Assembly: GCA_964016885.1 (NCBI GenBank)
Contig: OZ024740.1
Location: 205,592,001 to 205,656,000 of the forward strand
DNA from: Eledone cirrhosa
Taxonomy: Eukaryota
Direction: 5' to 3'
Length of the DNA: 64,000 nucleotides
Part shown: one piece after another, positions 48,848-61,830 of the stretch
Position numbering within the stretch: position 1 is the stretch's first letter
Layout of the letters: the number at the start of each line of letters is the position of its first letter
Position numbers and translations under genes: made by a program
Notes under the pieces: generated by a model
The model's database searches: none
The model's input: the letters and a program-made list of their open reading frames with translations, nothing else
Told to the model about the DNA's origin: nothing

Positions 48848-51800
48848 GTGTACAGTTAACCACCAAGGTGTGAGGTGTTGCAGATTGTCACACTTGGTGG
48901 TGAATTGCCCTCCCCTCCTTTCTTTCTTTCCTTTATCATTTTTGATCATGAATTTATATTGTAGTGACCTACATTCCGCGGACTCACATACATTCTCTGT
49001 GCGTGATTTGGCTCAGCTCAGCCAATCAGCGCCAGGGGAAGAGGATATATCCCTACGCGCCCTGAGGAAGAAATTCCCCGCGAAGATTTGAAGAATCTCC
49101 CTCTTGTACCAGAAATTTCGAACCAGCAACACGCATAATGTAACGGTGAGATTTTGCACCCTAGCCTCGCCGGCTTAACGGCGCAATGGCACATTCCCTT
49201 TTGTAACCTCTTTTTATCTGTAACTTCAACCATATAAGTTAACAGACATTGTTTGTGCTACATCAAAAATAAACATACATTTCATCTCTAATTTCTGCTG
49301 TTGAAATCATTATTATGTTGCTCGTGTCTCAATAACATCTATAATCCATGCTGCTGGAATTGGCGACCTGATGAAAGGAATGTTGTAAATACAAAGATGG
49401 TAAATAGATCGAGGGACCTTCCCTCACGTCTATGTCGACAAGATAATCCAACGAGGATACTATCACTTACCACACTGTCAACTAACGACCTTCAATCATC
49501 TACCCTGTTAAAGTGGCGACCACGACTAACCATACTGCTAAAATATTATTGTTATACACGGTTTAGACATATTTGTCATTCTGAACGAATTGCGAGCAAT
49601 TTTTGGTGTTATTTACGCATTTATGTTATTTATGTATATATTTAAAACATATTTGCAACGTAATTCTACTGTAAATTTATGCAACTGTAATAAAATTGTA
49701 ACATTACTTGCGCCAAGCTAATTTTGATATGTGAAATTGAGGGATTTGCTACGTATTCTAATTGTATGAGGGTTGCTAAAAACCTGAAGTACCTGCCCCC
49801 GAGTGCAACAAGATTAAAAGAAAAAGTATAATTATGTAAGTCACAGAGAAAAACAGTCGACGCACCTGTGTTTATGTACGCGTGTGCGTGTATGCCTTTA
49901 TGTGTAATCTCAGGTGTCGAATAATCGCCCCCCCCCCCTGCTTATTAAATTTTGCTAATCTATCTCCAGCGAAATTCTATTTTAAGTGGTAGCATGATAT
50001 ATTTCAAGTGGTAACATTATACATGGAAAAAAAAAGGCACTACAACGGCTGTCAGAAGTTAAAGTAGAAGAATGTGACGTCATTCGTCAACCTTCTCAAT
50101 CGTCAAACCTTCGTTTATTTCCGTATCACCACCATCACCATGTGTAAATAAATAAACTTTGAAATCACCACGTTGATGCATAGTCATAGTCATCAAATTA
50201 GAAAATAAAAGAAGTTCATGGGGCCGACACTACCGACTTTCTTAAAAAAAAACAATTTAACGCGGGTAACTACAAGATAACCTTGTTTTGTAATACTGGC
50301 AGAAATTGAAGAACATTACAAGAAATCCCATACGTTACAAAATAAATAGGATGGGTTGGGGTTTCAATAGGTACACTAAACGACTAATTCTGTTTTTTTT
50401 ACAAATTCAACGGAGACAACCTAGAAAGATTTCAGATTTCCACCCCTCCCCACTTATTGCACCACATCCCCATATTATTTATGACCTGAGAGTAGGGGAT
50501 ATTTATGTATTAAAACTTTCAAATAAAACTTTGTGGGAATATTCTCAAGTCAAGGCATAAATAAAACTCCTGTCGATATAGGAAATGTAGAAAAACAATG
50601 TTTCATTGTGAAATAACCACTCTAGATATTTGAGTACCTTATTTGCGTAGAATTTGAAGTTGGGGAAAATCGTCAAAATATCGTGGCTTATATTCGAATA
50701 TATATGGTATATCCGAAAAAAACCCCAAAAACTGATGAATTTTTCTTTTACTTATTACTTGGCTGATAAAAACTTATTATTAACCGGTCAAAAATAAAGT
50801 ACCAGTAATACACTGAGTAATTGCTGGCCTTGTGCCAAAAGTAGAAACAATTATTAACCGGTCAAGTTCACATTGATGACATTACAAACTGTTACGATGT
50901 CATTTCACGCTTTCTGTTTGTGTTTCAAAATATTGTCAAATCTTTGTGTTAATCTCATTTGGAAATCGTAAAGTCTCATTTTGAAAGCTTTAACCCCACT
51001 TTAGTAAGGGCTGATTTGAATTGATATGCTCTCACATAGAATTATAAATAGTGTAGTTTCAACGATGTCACTATGTAAGCAGAGTATGAAGAACAAATAA
51101 AATTGAAAGAATAAAATACCAGTTTCATACAGAAAACAGCAGAAAATAGGGAAATATGCCAACAAATACATTAATAAAACATCAAATAAATATGCCAACG
51201 AATACATTAATAAAACATCAAATTTTTACACAATAAGTTTTTCAAACTGTTCTATATAGATCGCTAGTGGGGAATAAAAGCTGAGGGATTCACAAGGAGT
51301 AAATTTATTAGTTTGAATTTTACAAGCTTTTCGAAGTTGGCACAAGGTGGAATCTGGGTTTAGTCTTGGTTTAGTCATTTGTTTTAAGAAAGCCAATACA
51401 AGGAAAGAGTGGAAATGGGAGTAAAGTAAGACAAAACAAAACAACAATCTACACTTTTACTTTATATTTTATATTCGATGTTTGAAACATGGAATGGACC
51501 TTCGTCGGTTTCAATGATGAGTATTTCAGTCGTTTGATCAACGGAGCAGCCTGAAAGTGACTGAGCAATCATCAGATATGTAATTTTCAGAGAGATTCAG
51601 CATGACATTGGGTGACAAGTCTGACTCTTTGAATTGCAGCGACATTCCACCCTACGGATTTCCAAACAATTGCGAAGTGAACTTCTTAACCATTCGGTCA
51701 TTCTGCTGTAGCGAAATCTCTTCAAACGACACGATATTCATTTTCTCTTTATTCCAAGTTGACGCCAGTAGTTTGGAGAAACTGGCCAGCTTGGGGTTAT

Positions 51801-52349
51801 TTAAGATAACACTTCAGTTCATTCTGCTCTCGTTTTTCGAAAGAGAAAGATAGCACTTGGAGTTGCTCTGGCCAGTAGAGAGATGTAGCGATCTCGACAG
51901 GGTTGGCACCTCGATAAAGGTTAGTTCAATGCATCTTGTTAGACTACTACTACATTCACACAAACCAACCACACAAACATAACACACAATTCACTTGGTT
52001 CTTTGTTGTTTTCCTGTGTTGTCAACAATAGCTTCAACATAAATTATTTCTCAATAAAATCATTATTGTAGCAATGTTTGTTATTGTTCATAGGTTATTG
52101 TAATGTCAGCTTTATTTTCAGCCTTCAACTGACTACGGCAATGAGTACAGCCACACATCTCGACTCACTGAGACACACACACTCAATTCATTTTATTGTT
52201 GCCCGGCAACTGTTATAGTGCGGTATAGGAAACGTTCGATTTCTGTGAGGGTCCGAAATTCGTCGCTGAATGGTGTGAGGGGTTTGAAGTGCAACCCTTA
52301 AAGAGGATGAAACGTCCAGCCATAGAGAAAGTGGTAGGTCGAGGAATAA

Positions 52350-52950
52350 ATCGCCTCAAAGTGAAATCGAAGATCCATATGGCCCTAGTTCGCAATCTAT
52401 TGTTTGTTGATGATTGTGATCTTGTGGCCCACTCAGAACAGAATATTCAGAAAACAACGAATCTTTCCTCGGGCGCCTCTTCTGCTTTTGAACTTACAAT
52501 AAGCCCGAAGAAAACTAAGGTGATATTTGCACCTGCTTCAAATATATTTGTTCAAGGCATCAGGCTTGATGTGGTAGACTCGTTTGTGTACCTTGGCAGC
52601 TCTGTCTCGAGAGATGTATCCTTGGACTATGAGATCCACTTGGGAGTTGATAAGACCTCTATTGCATTTGGTGTACCCGAAAAAAGAATGTAGCCAGACA
52701 AGGAATTTCCCCCAAGCTCTGTATCTAAGATGCATTAGCCATCACATCCTGGTTTTATTCGTCTGAGATTTGGACACCATACCGACAGCACATCTAGATT
52801 CTCGAAAGATTTCATCACAGGTCTCTGAAGTGTATTTTGAACATCAGATGGCACAGAAGTATTAGAAACGGTGAGTCGTCTGAGTGTCGGGGTTCGCCTT
52901 ATTAGGTATCATATGCGCTTGGTTGGTCACGTCATAAGCAGGAGCAGTCG
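52350..52950 (+). mobile_element. Decayed RTE (BovB-like) RT fragment
   Basis: LLFVDDC.LVAHSE, LTISPKKTKV, VDSFVYLGS, LERFHHR motifs. Confidence 0.85.
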
Positions 52951-53707
52951 AAGCATTTCTGAATTGGAGTGAGACGGGGAGGGGGATTTGAAACTTCGAT
53001 TCGATATGCGATAAACACAACATGTACATACATTGTAGCACATATACAAATAGATGTGTGTTTTGGTAGTTTGGGGAGAAAAATATATTGATGGGGAGGG
53101 GGAGGTGGAATTCATCCCCAGTTCCACCACAGCCTCTGATAAGTATTGATGATTTCAGGCTTTTGAAGAAGTTATTGAATCATGAACTAATTTTCGGTAA
53201 GCAGCTGCAGCATAAACGAAAAAGGAAGATTCGTGATTCCATAAAAGCCAACCTTTAGTCTTTGAACATTAACATTACAAGCTGAGAACATCCATTGAAT
53301 TGCAGTCTATAACAGGAGAAAACTGCAATTAGAAATAGGATTGCTCACCAAATGATGAGGTGCAATGTCTGAAAGCTGCAAGCTGTTGATATCCCACGTG
53401 GTTAGCTGATCTTAACAGCCACGAGAAAAGAAAAAACATGTCAAGACCTTCAGTTATATGCAGTTTTATCAGTCATGATTGAGGACTGCTGTTCTACGTG
53501 TTTAATGGTGTATACATCTGCTACAGAGCTGAAACTCCATGCAGCCCCTGTTAACGATGTATCAGATCAAAAGCCATGTCACATCTGCATGTAAAATTCA
53601 AAACAAAGCTGGAGGATAGAAGGCATCTAACAGGACAGAAAGCCAACGTTTGTTACAGGACTCTGATAAGAAAGTGGTTTTGCACAGATTCAAGTAAAAG
53701 GCCACAG

Positions 53708-53739
<32 letters not shown>

Positions 53740-53978
53740 TGTATGTATGTATGTATGTATGTATGTATGTATGTTTTCTCTTTCTCTTAATTTTGAGTAT
53801 ATTTTTTTGACCGGCCACCTTCCTGGTGGCAAGGTTGTAAAAGAAAAGAAATTGTCATCCCTTGAATCGCAAGAATGTTTTGCAAATTTTGAAGGTGCCA
53901 GCTATCGCAGCCATTTGTAGACTATGAATTAGGGAGCTTATGTATGTATGTATGTATGTATGTATGTATGTATGTATG

Positions 53979-55327
53979 ATGTCAGGTCACCAGTTGGTGC
54001 TACTGGTAACATGTATCCCAGTACAACCTGTCCCATGGTCGGGGCGTTGGCGACTAAACTGGCAACCCCACCAAGGTTTCTTGGTGAGGAGGGTGACTTT
54101 CGGCATCCTGCAGGACTAAAAACAAAACCTGTCAAAAGCCAAAGGAGCTCTTAAGAGTCAATGGCCATCCAAAATCACCGGGAGAGATGACCCCTTAGCC
54201 TTTGTCAAGGCAGAATTCTAGGAGAAGGAAAACTCTGATATAACACCTGCAACCCTGATGGTATCCAATGATGTTGACTTGTTCTTCTTTTTGGTAAATA
54301 TCATCTTGGTTAAGAGAGTGGGACTGGCTTTGTGCAGTGCCTTTGCTCACTATAAAAGCTTCACAGCACAGGCATTGCTTTATATCTGGAGATCTCTCTG
54401 CACTTGTCGTCACATGGTACAATGGGCCCAGCACTATGTGTCAATAATTGTCACAGGTGTAGTGTTTGTACCAGAGTTTTCAAGTCGCTGGCTGGACTAA
54501 AAAGTCACACTCGTTCAGCGCATCGGTAGGGGTTCTCCTACATGGATATAAAGTAGTGGCCGTACTCGAAAACGAGTTGGCAGCCACCATGTATGTATGT
54601 ATGTATGTATGTATGTATGTATGTATGTATGTATGTCAGGTCACCAGTTGGTGCTACTGGTAACATGTATCCCAGTACAACCTGTCTCATGGTCGGGTCG
54701 TTGGCGACTAAACTGGCAACCCCACCAAGGTTTCTTGGTGAGGAGGGTGACTTTGGACATCCTGCAGGACTAAAAACAAAACCTGTCAAAGGGCAAAGGA
54801 GCTCTTAAGAGTCAATGGCCATCCAAAATCACCGGGAGAGATGACCCCTTTAGCCTTAGTCAAGGCAGAATTCTAGGAGAAGGAAAACTCTGATATAACA
54901 CCTGCAACCCTGATGGTATCCAATGATGTTGACTTGTTCTTCTTTTTGGTAAATAGCATCTTGGTTAAGAGAGTGGGACTGGCTTTGTGCAGTGCCTTTG
55001 CTCACTATAAAAGCTTCACGGCACAGGCATTGCTTTATATCTGGAGATCTCTCTGCACTTGTCCTCACATGGGCCCAGCACTATGTGTCAATAATTGTCC
55101 TACCATGGGCCTAGCACTATGTGTCAATAATTGTCATAGGTGTAGTGTTTGTACCAGAGGTTTCAAGTCGCTGGCTGGACTAAAAAGTCACACTCGTTCA
55201 GCGCTTCGGTAGGGGTTATCCTACATGGATGTAAAGTAGTGGCCGTACTCGAAAACGAGTTGGCAGCCACCATGTATGTATGTATGTATGTATGTATGTA
55301 TGTATGTATGTATGTATGTATGTATGT
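53979..55327 (+). mobile_element. Two tandem, closely similar non-autonomous retroposon units, each ending in (ATGT)n
   Basis: Units at about 53979-54589 and 54635-55272; the 3' part encodes CSVCTRGFKSLAGLKSH (RTE-type terminal finger); bounded by (TATG)n at 53938, 54590 and 55272. Confidence 0.75.
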
Positions 55328-55329
55328 AG

Positions 55330-55765
55330 TTTTATAATTTCACAAATTTTTGCCAACAGAGAGAGAGAGTCGGTTTCTAACATAGACACAAGACTCTCTC
55401 ATTGGAATTTACACAACATCAACTAGGTAGATATGTATGCATGTCCGAATGCGTGTGTACAGGTATGGATGTTATTGTATGTGTGGATCTGTATGTTTTA
55501 AGTTATATGTGTGCATGTGCATATTTGTATATGTGTACATGTGTATATGCAGTTATTAGATGCAGAATTTTTGGAATGTTTTACATATTTTTACTGTTCC
55601 ATGAATGGATTGTACTTGTAATTTCCTAACTAGTTGTGTTCTTTGTGTTCCTGTGAAACCAAGCTTCTCAAAATTTGTATTGAGGTAGTTACTAACATAT
55701 CCCTGTGCCCCAATAATCACAGGTATAAATCTGAAGGTATAGTCAGGGTGGAGTATGTCTGTTTG
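55330..55765 (-). mobile_element. 3' end of an R4/Dong-like (RLE) non-LTR retrotransposon within (TACA)n
   Basis: FIPVIIGAQGYV...LGF...LQVQSIHGTVKICKTF resembles R4/Dong C-termini; microsatellite on both sides. Confidence 0.7.
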
Positions 55766-56115
55766 AATGTATGTATGTATGTGTGTATGTATGTATGCAT
55801 ACATATCTATATATAAATATATATATATATTTTCTAAAGCGCTCATATATTCACCTAGCTTACGCTAAACAGAATAATTATGAAGCTTGTTTCATTCCCC
55901 TACGGTTAGCTATACTCTTTGTTGTTCTCCTGTCTCACTCGCTTTACGCGTTTTAATTGTCCTAATAACTTATTTTAGTTATTATTGCACCGACGTGAGG
56001 TATATGATTTTTAATGCAATGAAATATCTATGATCGTCGGCAAATCACTGATGAGGGACTCATTTTATTACATGTTATCCATGCGCTACCTGCAGTATTT
56101 TTCTCCATATTTTAT

Positions 56116-56121
<6 letters not shown>

Positions 56122-56157
<36 letters not shown>

Positions 56158-56219
56158 CCCATACACACACACAACACACACGCACACATATATATCAATC
56201 ATAATAATACACCACATGT

Positions 56220-56316
<97 letters not shown>

Positions 56317-56332
56317 GAGAAAGAGAGAGAGA
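56122..56332. repeat. Compound (TA)n/(CA)n/(GA)n microsatellite
   Basis: Direct read. Confidence 0.95.
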
Positions 56333-56618
56333 GTGTCTGACGGGCTGAGACTGAGGAGATCACTAATCATGGGAGAATTCAATGCATGTTGAGATGCAGA
56401 GTGGACATAGTGAGATGTAAAGTCCCGAAATTGCTTCGCGCTGCGATTTTACACCCCTACTCTCTCCCTATATATATATATATATATTGTTCTACTTTGG
56501 GAGGGTCATGTTGCCAATAAGAAACACACGCACTAGTTGCTTTCACTTCAATTTATTATAATAAATTTATAAATTTAGGAATTTATAAATTTCCGGTTGG
56601 TTGGTTGGTTCGTATATT

Positions 56619-56661
56619 GTCAAAGTTCTTTCGTCACACATTCTGTAACCTCTTCAGTGAC
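56619..56661 (-). ncRNA. Minimal type-I hammerhead motif in the PLE 3' region
   Basis: GUCA-CUGAAGA-G-GUUACA(GAAUG)UGUGAC-GAAA-GAAC-UU/UGAC. Confidence 0.65.
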
Positions 56662-58837
56662 TGGGGATTCTTTTCTTTGTTTTTGTGCCTCTCCTTTGTT
56701 CTGTCCTACGCCATCTTGTTTTTGTGTGTGTTGTGTGCTTAGTTTGCGCATGTGTTACATCCGGGTGTCTGTGTGTGTTTATATTTGTTTATTTATTTGT
56801 TTATTTACATGTTACTGGTTGGTTGTTTGTTCTATGTGTGTGTGTGTTTTCATTTTGTCCTTAATTGTAAGTTGTGATGTTACTGTTCCACTCATGTTTT
56901 CTATTTAATTTTGGTTGTAATTCTTTTATGTTTATTGCCTCTGTGATTTGTCTAAACATTGCGTCTTTTCTGTGTGTAGATTCTATTTTTATTTCTATGT
57001 TCTCTAATTTACCCTTATGTTCTATTTTAGCATGTTGGTAGAGTACAGATGATTCTTTACTATCTTGAAGCTCTCGCCAGTGTTCATTTATCCGTTCCCC
57101 TATACTACGAGCTGTCTCACCTATGTACACTATATTCTTATCTCTACATTGTCCTTCAGTACATCTTATGCTATATACTACATTTCTAGTTTTACAGTTA
57201 ATATGGGGGCTTAATTTACAGATTATACATTTCTTATCTATACACGGAGGTCTTTGAAAAGGGTATGTATTGCTAATAAGTGTTTTTATGGAGGTACCAG
57301 GTCTTTCTACTATCTTAATATTGAGTTTATGTTTATCTAGGGCCCTTCTAAATTTGTAAGCTAATTCACCTCTAGGGGTTGTATCGATGAACATTACACT
57401 CTGGTATTTATTGCTATCATACCATGAGTTTATTCTATTAACCTTATTCCTAGTTCTTTATATTCTATTCCAAAATTTGCTCCTATACAAGGGGCAGGTC
57501 CCATTTGTGTCATTATTTACCATTTTTTCCCATTTGGTTCTGGCTCCTCTATATACTCTGATTTTATCTCTCTGATTGTAACCAGAGAACTACATACGGT
57601 GGATGAAGTGTTGTATGTGTCTCTCTAGTTCTTTGGGGTTGCACATGCGGGACACGTTTCTCATCACCCGTACCAAATCTGCAATCAGTATGTTGATTTT
57701 GGTATGGTCCGAAACAGCCGAGTTTCGGTCGATATTTGGAAGTCATGGGTTTGGCATAATGGGAATGGAGGATTTGTTTTTTGTTATTAATGGTATCTAA
57801 CCAGAGCTCTGTGTCTAGTACAGGTAATCGATGGTTGGGGTCTTTGCTTGGGCAGTCTATAGTAACTCTAATACTCTGGTGGATGGAGTTAGCTATTTGC
57901 TGGATGCTTTCCATGGTGTTTTTCTCTAATTCCTGACTGTTCTCTAGTGGGGGTGTTTTTACTACGATGTTTATATCATCAACGTAGCGGGAGTACATTA
58001 TCAGGGTTAAGGGGTTGCTGTCTTCTAATCGTTCTTTAAGTTTAAGTTTAAGTCTATTGTCCCACCATACCATGAATAGGTTAGCTATGTCACCTGCAAT
58101 GCTAACACCAATGGCTGCTCCCTCCTCTTGGGCATATGTTTTTCCATTAAATTTGAACATATGTTCCTTAAGGGTTAATTTTATGCTGGTCCCCACCGCA
58201 TGTGCAACCATTTTCTTTAGTTCATCGTGGTTTTCGGGGGTCCGTATGGCTCTGGTCCACCCGTTCCATCTATCTGTGTGGGGTTTCTTGGCCATTGAGG
58301 TAATGGTAGGCGGTCTGCCTCTTACTGGTCTTGTAGGGCACAGGTTGCTAAGGCCATATGTATCTAGATAATCATTACTATAGGTAAGTTTAAGTAGGAG
58401 TCCCAGCTCGCTGGTATCAATCCCACGGAATTCAACATTGCTCTCACTGATCTTTTCTACGCATTTCTCCACAGCAAAATCCACGTCAATATTAGAGAAC
58501 ATAGAAATAAAAATAGAATCTACACACAGAAAAGACGCAATGTTTAGACAAATCACAGAGGCAATAAACATAAATGAACTCCAACCAAAATTAAATAGAA
58601 AACATGAATGGAACAGCAACATCATAACTTACAATTAAGGACAAAATGAAAACACACACGCACATAGAACAAACAACCAACCAGTAACATGTAAATAAAC
58701 AAATAAATAAACAAATATAAACACACACAGACACCCGGATGTAACACATGCGCAAACTAAGCACACAACACACACAAAAACAAGATGGCGTAGGACAGAA
58801 CAAAGGAGAGGCACAAAAACAAAGAAAAGAATCCCCA

Positions 58838-58880
58838 GTCACTGAAGAGGTCACAAAATGTGTGACGAAAGAACTTTGAC
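58838..58880 (+). ncRNA. Minimal type-I hammerhead motif in the inverted arm
   Basis: GUCA-CUGAAGA-G-GUCACA(AAAUG)UGUGAC-GAAA-GAAC-UU/UGAC; stem I is GUCA/UGAC. Confidence 0.7.
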
Positions 58881-59088
58881 AATATACGAACAATCGTCTG
58901 GTTGTGGAACCAACCAACCAACCGGAAATTTATAAATTCCTAAATTTATAAATTTATTATAATAAATTGAAGTGAAAGCATCTGGTGCGTGTGTTTCTTA
59001 TTGGCAACATGACCCTCCCAAAGTATAACAATATCGGTTTCAACACACGTTTTCAGATAAAGAATCTTGCTAAACAAATTCAGAAACG

Positions 59089-59147
<59 letters not shown>

Positions 59148-60729
59148 AGAGTCAGGACCCCCGACGGCTGAGCTCTTGCAGTTTCAACACCTTTTTCCGG
59201 ACTATTTGTTTGTAAGTCTTTAAAATCTACACATACAAACATATACACACATACATATATACACATATACCCATAATGCATTTCCTATATCAGTTATGTT
59301 GCTGTAAAAAATATTTACTTTCCAGTCAGCTGGAAATAGTTATTTCTCCAAAGTTATTCATACATTTAATTCTGTATGCCATTTGTACATGTTTGAAAGA
59401 CTTCACCGGGAAGTTAGACATGGTCTGGGCCAATACTGGCCGAAACCTATCAAAATTATATGCTGAATATTTATGTAATTATATCTCAGAAATAAATTAT
59501 TAAAATATTTTAAAATATTTTAATCACTTCCATGTATCAAGTAATCAACATAAACTATTATGTTTCTCGTATGCAAACTATAAATTTATCAAGACCAAAA
59601 TATCCCAATTCATATGATCGTTCCAATATCCAGTAATTCTGCTATATATGGCATACCAACCCTGGACTCCAGTAAATCTTATTTGAGGTATTTGATAACA
59701 ACTACGATGTTGGACGGGATATGGACTGCTGATTGTCAGCACAAGTCTCACGTGAGTATGATGTCATTTGTCTCACGCTGACGTGATGTTAGTGTAAAGG
59801 AGATAACTTACCACCACCGCCACCATCACCACAACCATAAATATATATTCATAAAGGAATAAAGAGGTTAGCCATAGAGAGTTATTGGATGCAAGCTATT
59901 ATATGAAATATAATCGGGGTTCATTCAGAGAGGGGTGTAGTAGTAATAGAAATTGTTCGGAATTCGGGGTACCACAAAGTAGTGCAGCTAATCGGCAGGG
60001 CAGACGCTACAATTAGGACCAACTATGAGCAGACATCAGAGACATGCATTACTGAACCATGAACTATCACAGTTTTATATAAATTTGTATAATTAACTTA
60101 ACTATATAATAAATTGCAGGGATCAACAAAGAAATCACAAGACATTTTTGTCATGAAGTACTGTTGGGGAAATATTCAAAATGACGGAGATGGTCATGTG
60201 ATGTTATGACCTGTCACGTAGTTTGGCGTGAGTGCGTGTGGATTGTGTTGTAGGAAATGTAGGTTTAGTCATTTCTTAGTTTGGTCAGAGCAAGAAGTGA
60301 CAGGAACCGAGTTCGTCATTTTACCAAGCTGTAAGTTGAAATTCTTTTATTTGGGTTAATGGGGATGCATAACTGTGAGAAAGGGGGAACACTTTGTAGA
60401 GCCAGAATAGGGCCCTAAATACACCAATCAGCTTACTAAACTGAAAGCTGAAATTATTTCATTTAGGAGAAGTGGGGGTCATATTATAAGGCTAACCTAG
60501 AGTATTAAATGTCTAGGCGTCGGTCATGCAAATCGGGCAGTTGAAATGCTGAGAGACTGGAAGACTGTGGGCGGATGCCTCATTCTCGAAGTATACCTTG
60601 GACAAAGTCTGGCGCTACCATCAAGGCCAACTAGCCAGTTGCCAAGGGTGCTGACATAAGAGAGGCGGATTATTGAACTATAACTTACTAAACTGTCAGT
60701 TGAAATTATCTTATTTGGGAGAAGGAGGC

Positions 60730-61050
60730 ATGTGGTAAGAATGTCTCAGGGAAGAATCGCTGGACAGATTTTACGGGCAAAACCAACCGGTAAGAAACCC
60801 AGGGGTAGACCCCGAGCAAGATGGTTGGGTAACATCCATGAGCTTGGTTGGTCTCGCTTGGGAGTCCAGCCAGATCAGTTGGAGATGGTTGCTTCTGACA
60901 GGACCTGCTGGAAGGCGTGTTTAACAGCACTGTCCCCATGACCCTCTCGGGAATAAGGAGGAGGAGGAGGAGGAGGAGGAGGAGGAGAAGAAGAAGAAGA
61001 AGAAGAAGAAGAAGAAGAAGAAGAAGAAGAAGAAGAAGAAGAAGAAGAAG
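60730..61050 (+). mobile_element. RTE (Expander-like) 3' end with expanded (GGA)n(GAA)n tail
   Basis: VRMSQGRIAGQILRAKPTGKKPRGRPRARW...; trinucleotide tail at 60957-61050. Confidence 0.85.
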
Positions 61051-61637
61051 GGAACACATATTGTAAGGCTAATCGCGGGTGGTAAACACCCAGGCTTGAA
61101 CTCTATTTAGGATGATAGGTTGTATTTAACTTGACCATAAATAGTTCATTCATCAGGTTAATGTGAGCTCATAGCAATATGTGGCATGTACTTGTAGTGG
61201 CTTAGTGCAGTAATTTCCACGCCTGCGATTATCTGTTTACAGTTAAATAACCATATTACATCATTCAACCTTTTCAAGATCATATTTTTCACGAAATACA
61301 TTCAAAGTATTTCAATTAAATTTGAAAATAATCAAGAATTTGGAGGGCTTTTAGTAAAATAGCATTTTAGTTGATGTTTAAAACATAACAATAACAACAA
61401 CAACAACATCTTAAAGGCGCATCTTTACTCGATTTTCTCAAGTATTATTTAGTGATCGACTATTATTATCGTCATGTACATTAGGACGCACACATTTCAA
61501 ATTATGATTGGACTTTCAATTTAGATATGAACCCTTTAATGAGGATAGTTTTATCACTGAATGAGCTGGTATCAAAAGGGTTAAATTTCATGGTAGTTTT
61601 ATGGCCTATGTGTTAACATGTACATACATCTATTGTA

Positions 61638-61830
61638 CTTTAGTGGTTAGGATTTTCAGCTCACGATCGTAAAGTTGTAAGTTCGATTACCGGCGGCGCG
61701 ATGTGTTCTTCAGCAAGACTCTTTATTTCACATTGTTCCAGTTCACCCTGCCGGCAAAATGACTTGTACCTGTATTTCCAAAAGGCCAGCTTTGTCACAC
61801 ATGTGTCACGTTGAATCTCCCTGTAGAGGA
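61638..61830 (+). mobile_element. CORE-like tRNA SINE
   Basis: tagtggttagg A box, gttcgatt B box, CORE-like block. The body is related to minus-strand pieces at about 38840-38990, 39160-39300, 51520-51640 and 63380-63485. Confidence 0.6.

Larger units (their letters stand above)
56485..59033 (-). mobile_element. 5'-truncated Penelope-like element (RT + GIY-YIG, Neptune-like) with an inverted copy of its 3' end at the 5' junction
   Basis: RT: Q..GAAIG, IANLFM, RYVDD, LPVLD. EN: C....CIIC...C...NVVY.I.C...YIGETARS..ERI.EH...R.ITEA..I...LN. Arms 56485-57008 and 58491-59033 are reverse complements. Confidence 0.92.

Noticed and set aside
57564-58625. 353-aa ORF with a hydrophobic N-terminus as a novel membrane-anchored RT
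   Set aside because: The first roughly 45 residues are the antisense reading of the inverted arm fused at the truncation point.
60433-60730. Imperfect 45-bp direct repeats around a 200-bp segment
   Set aside because: Too degenerate, with no TSD, PBS or coding signal to support an element call.
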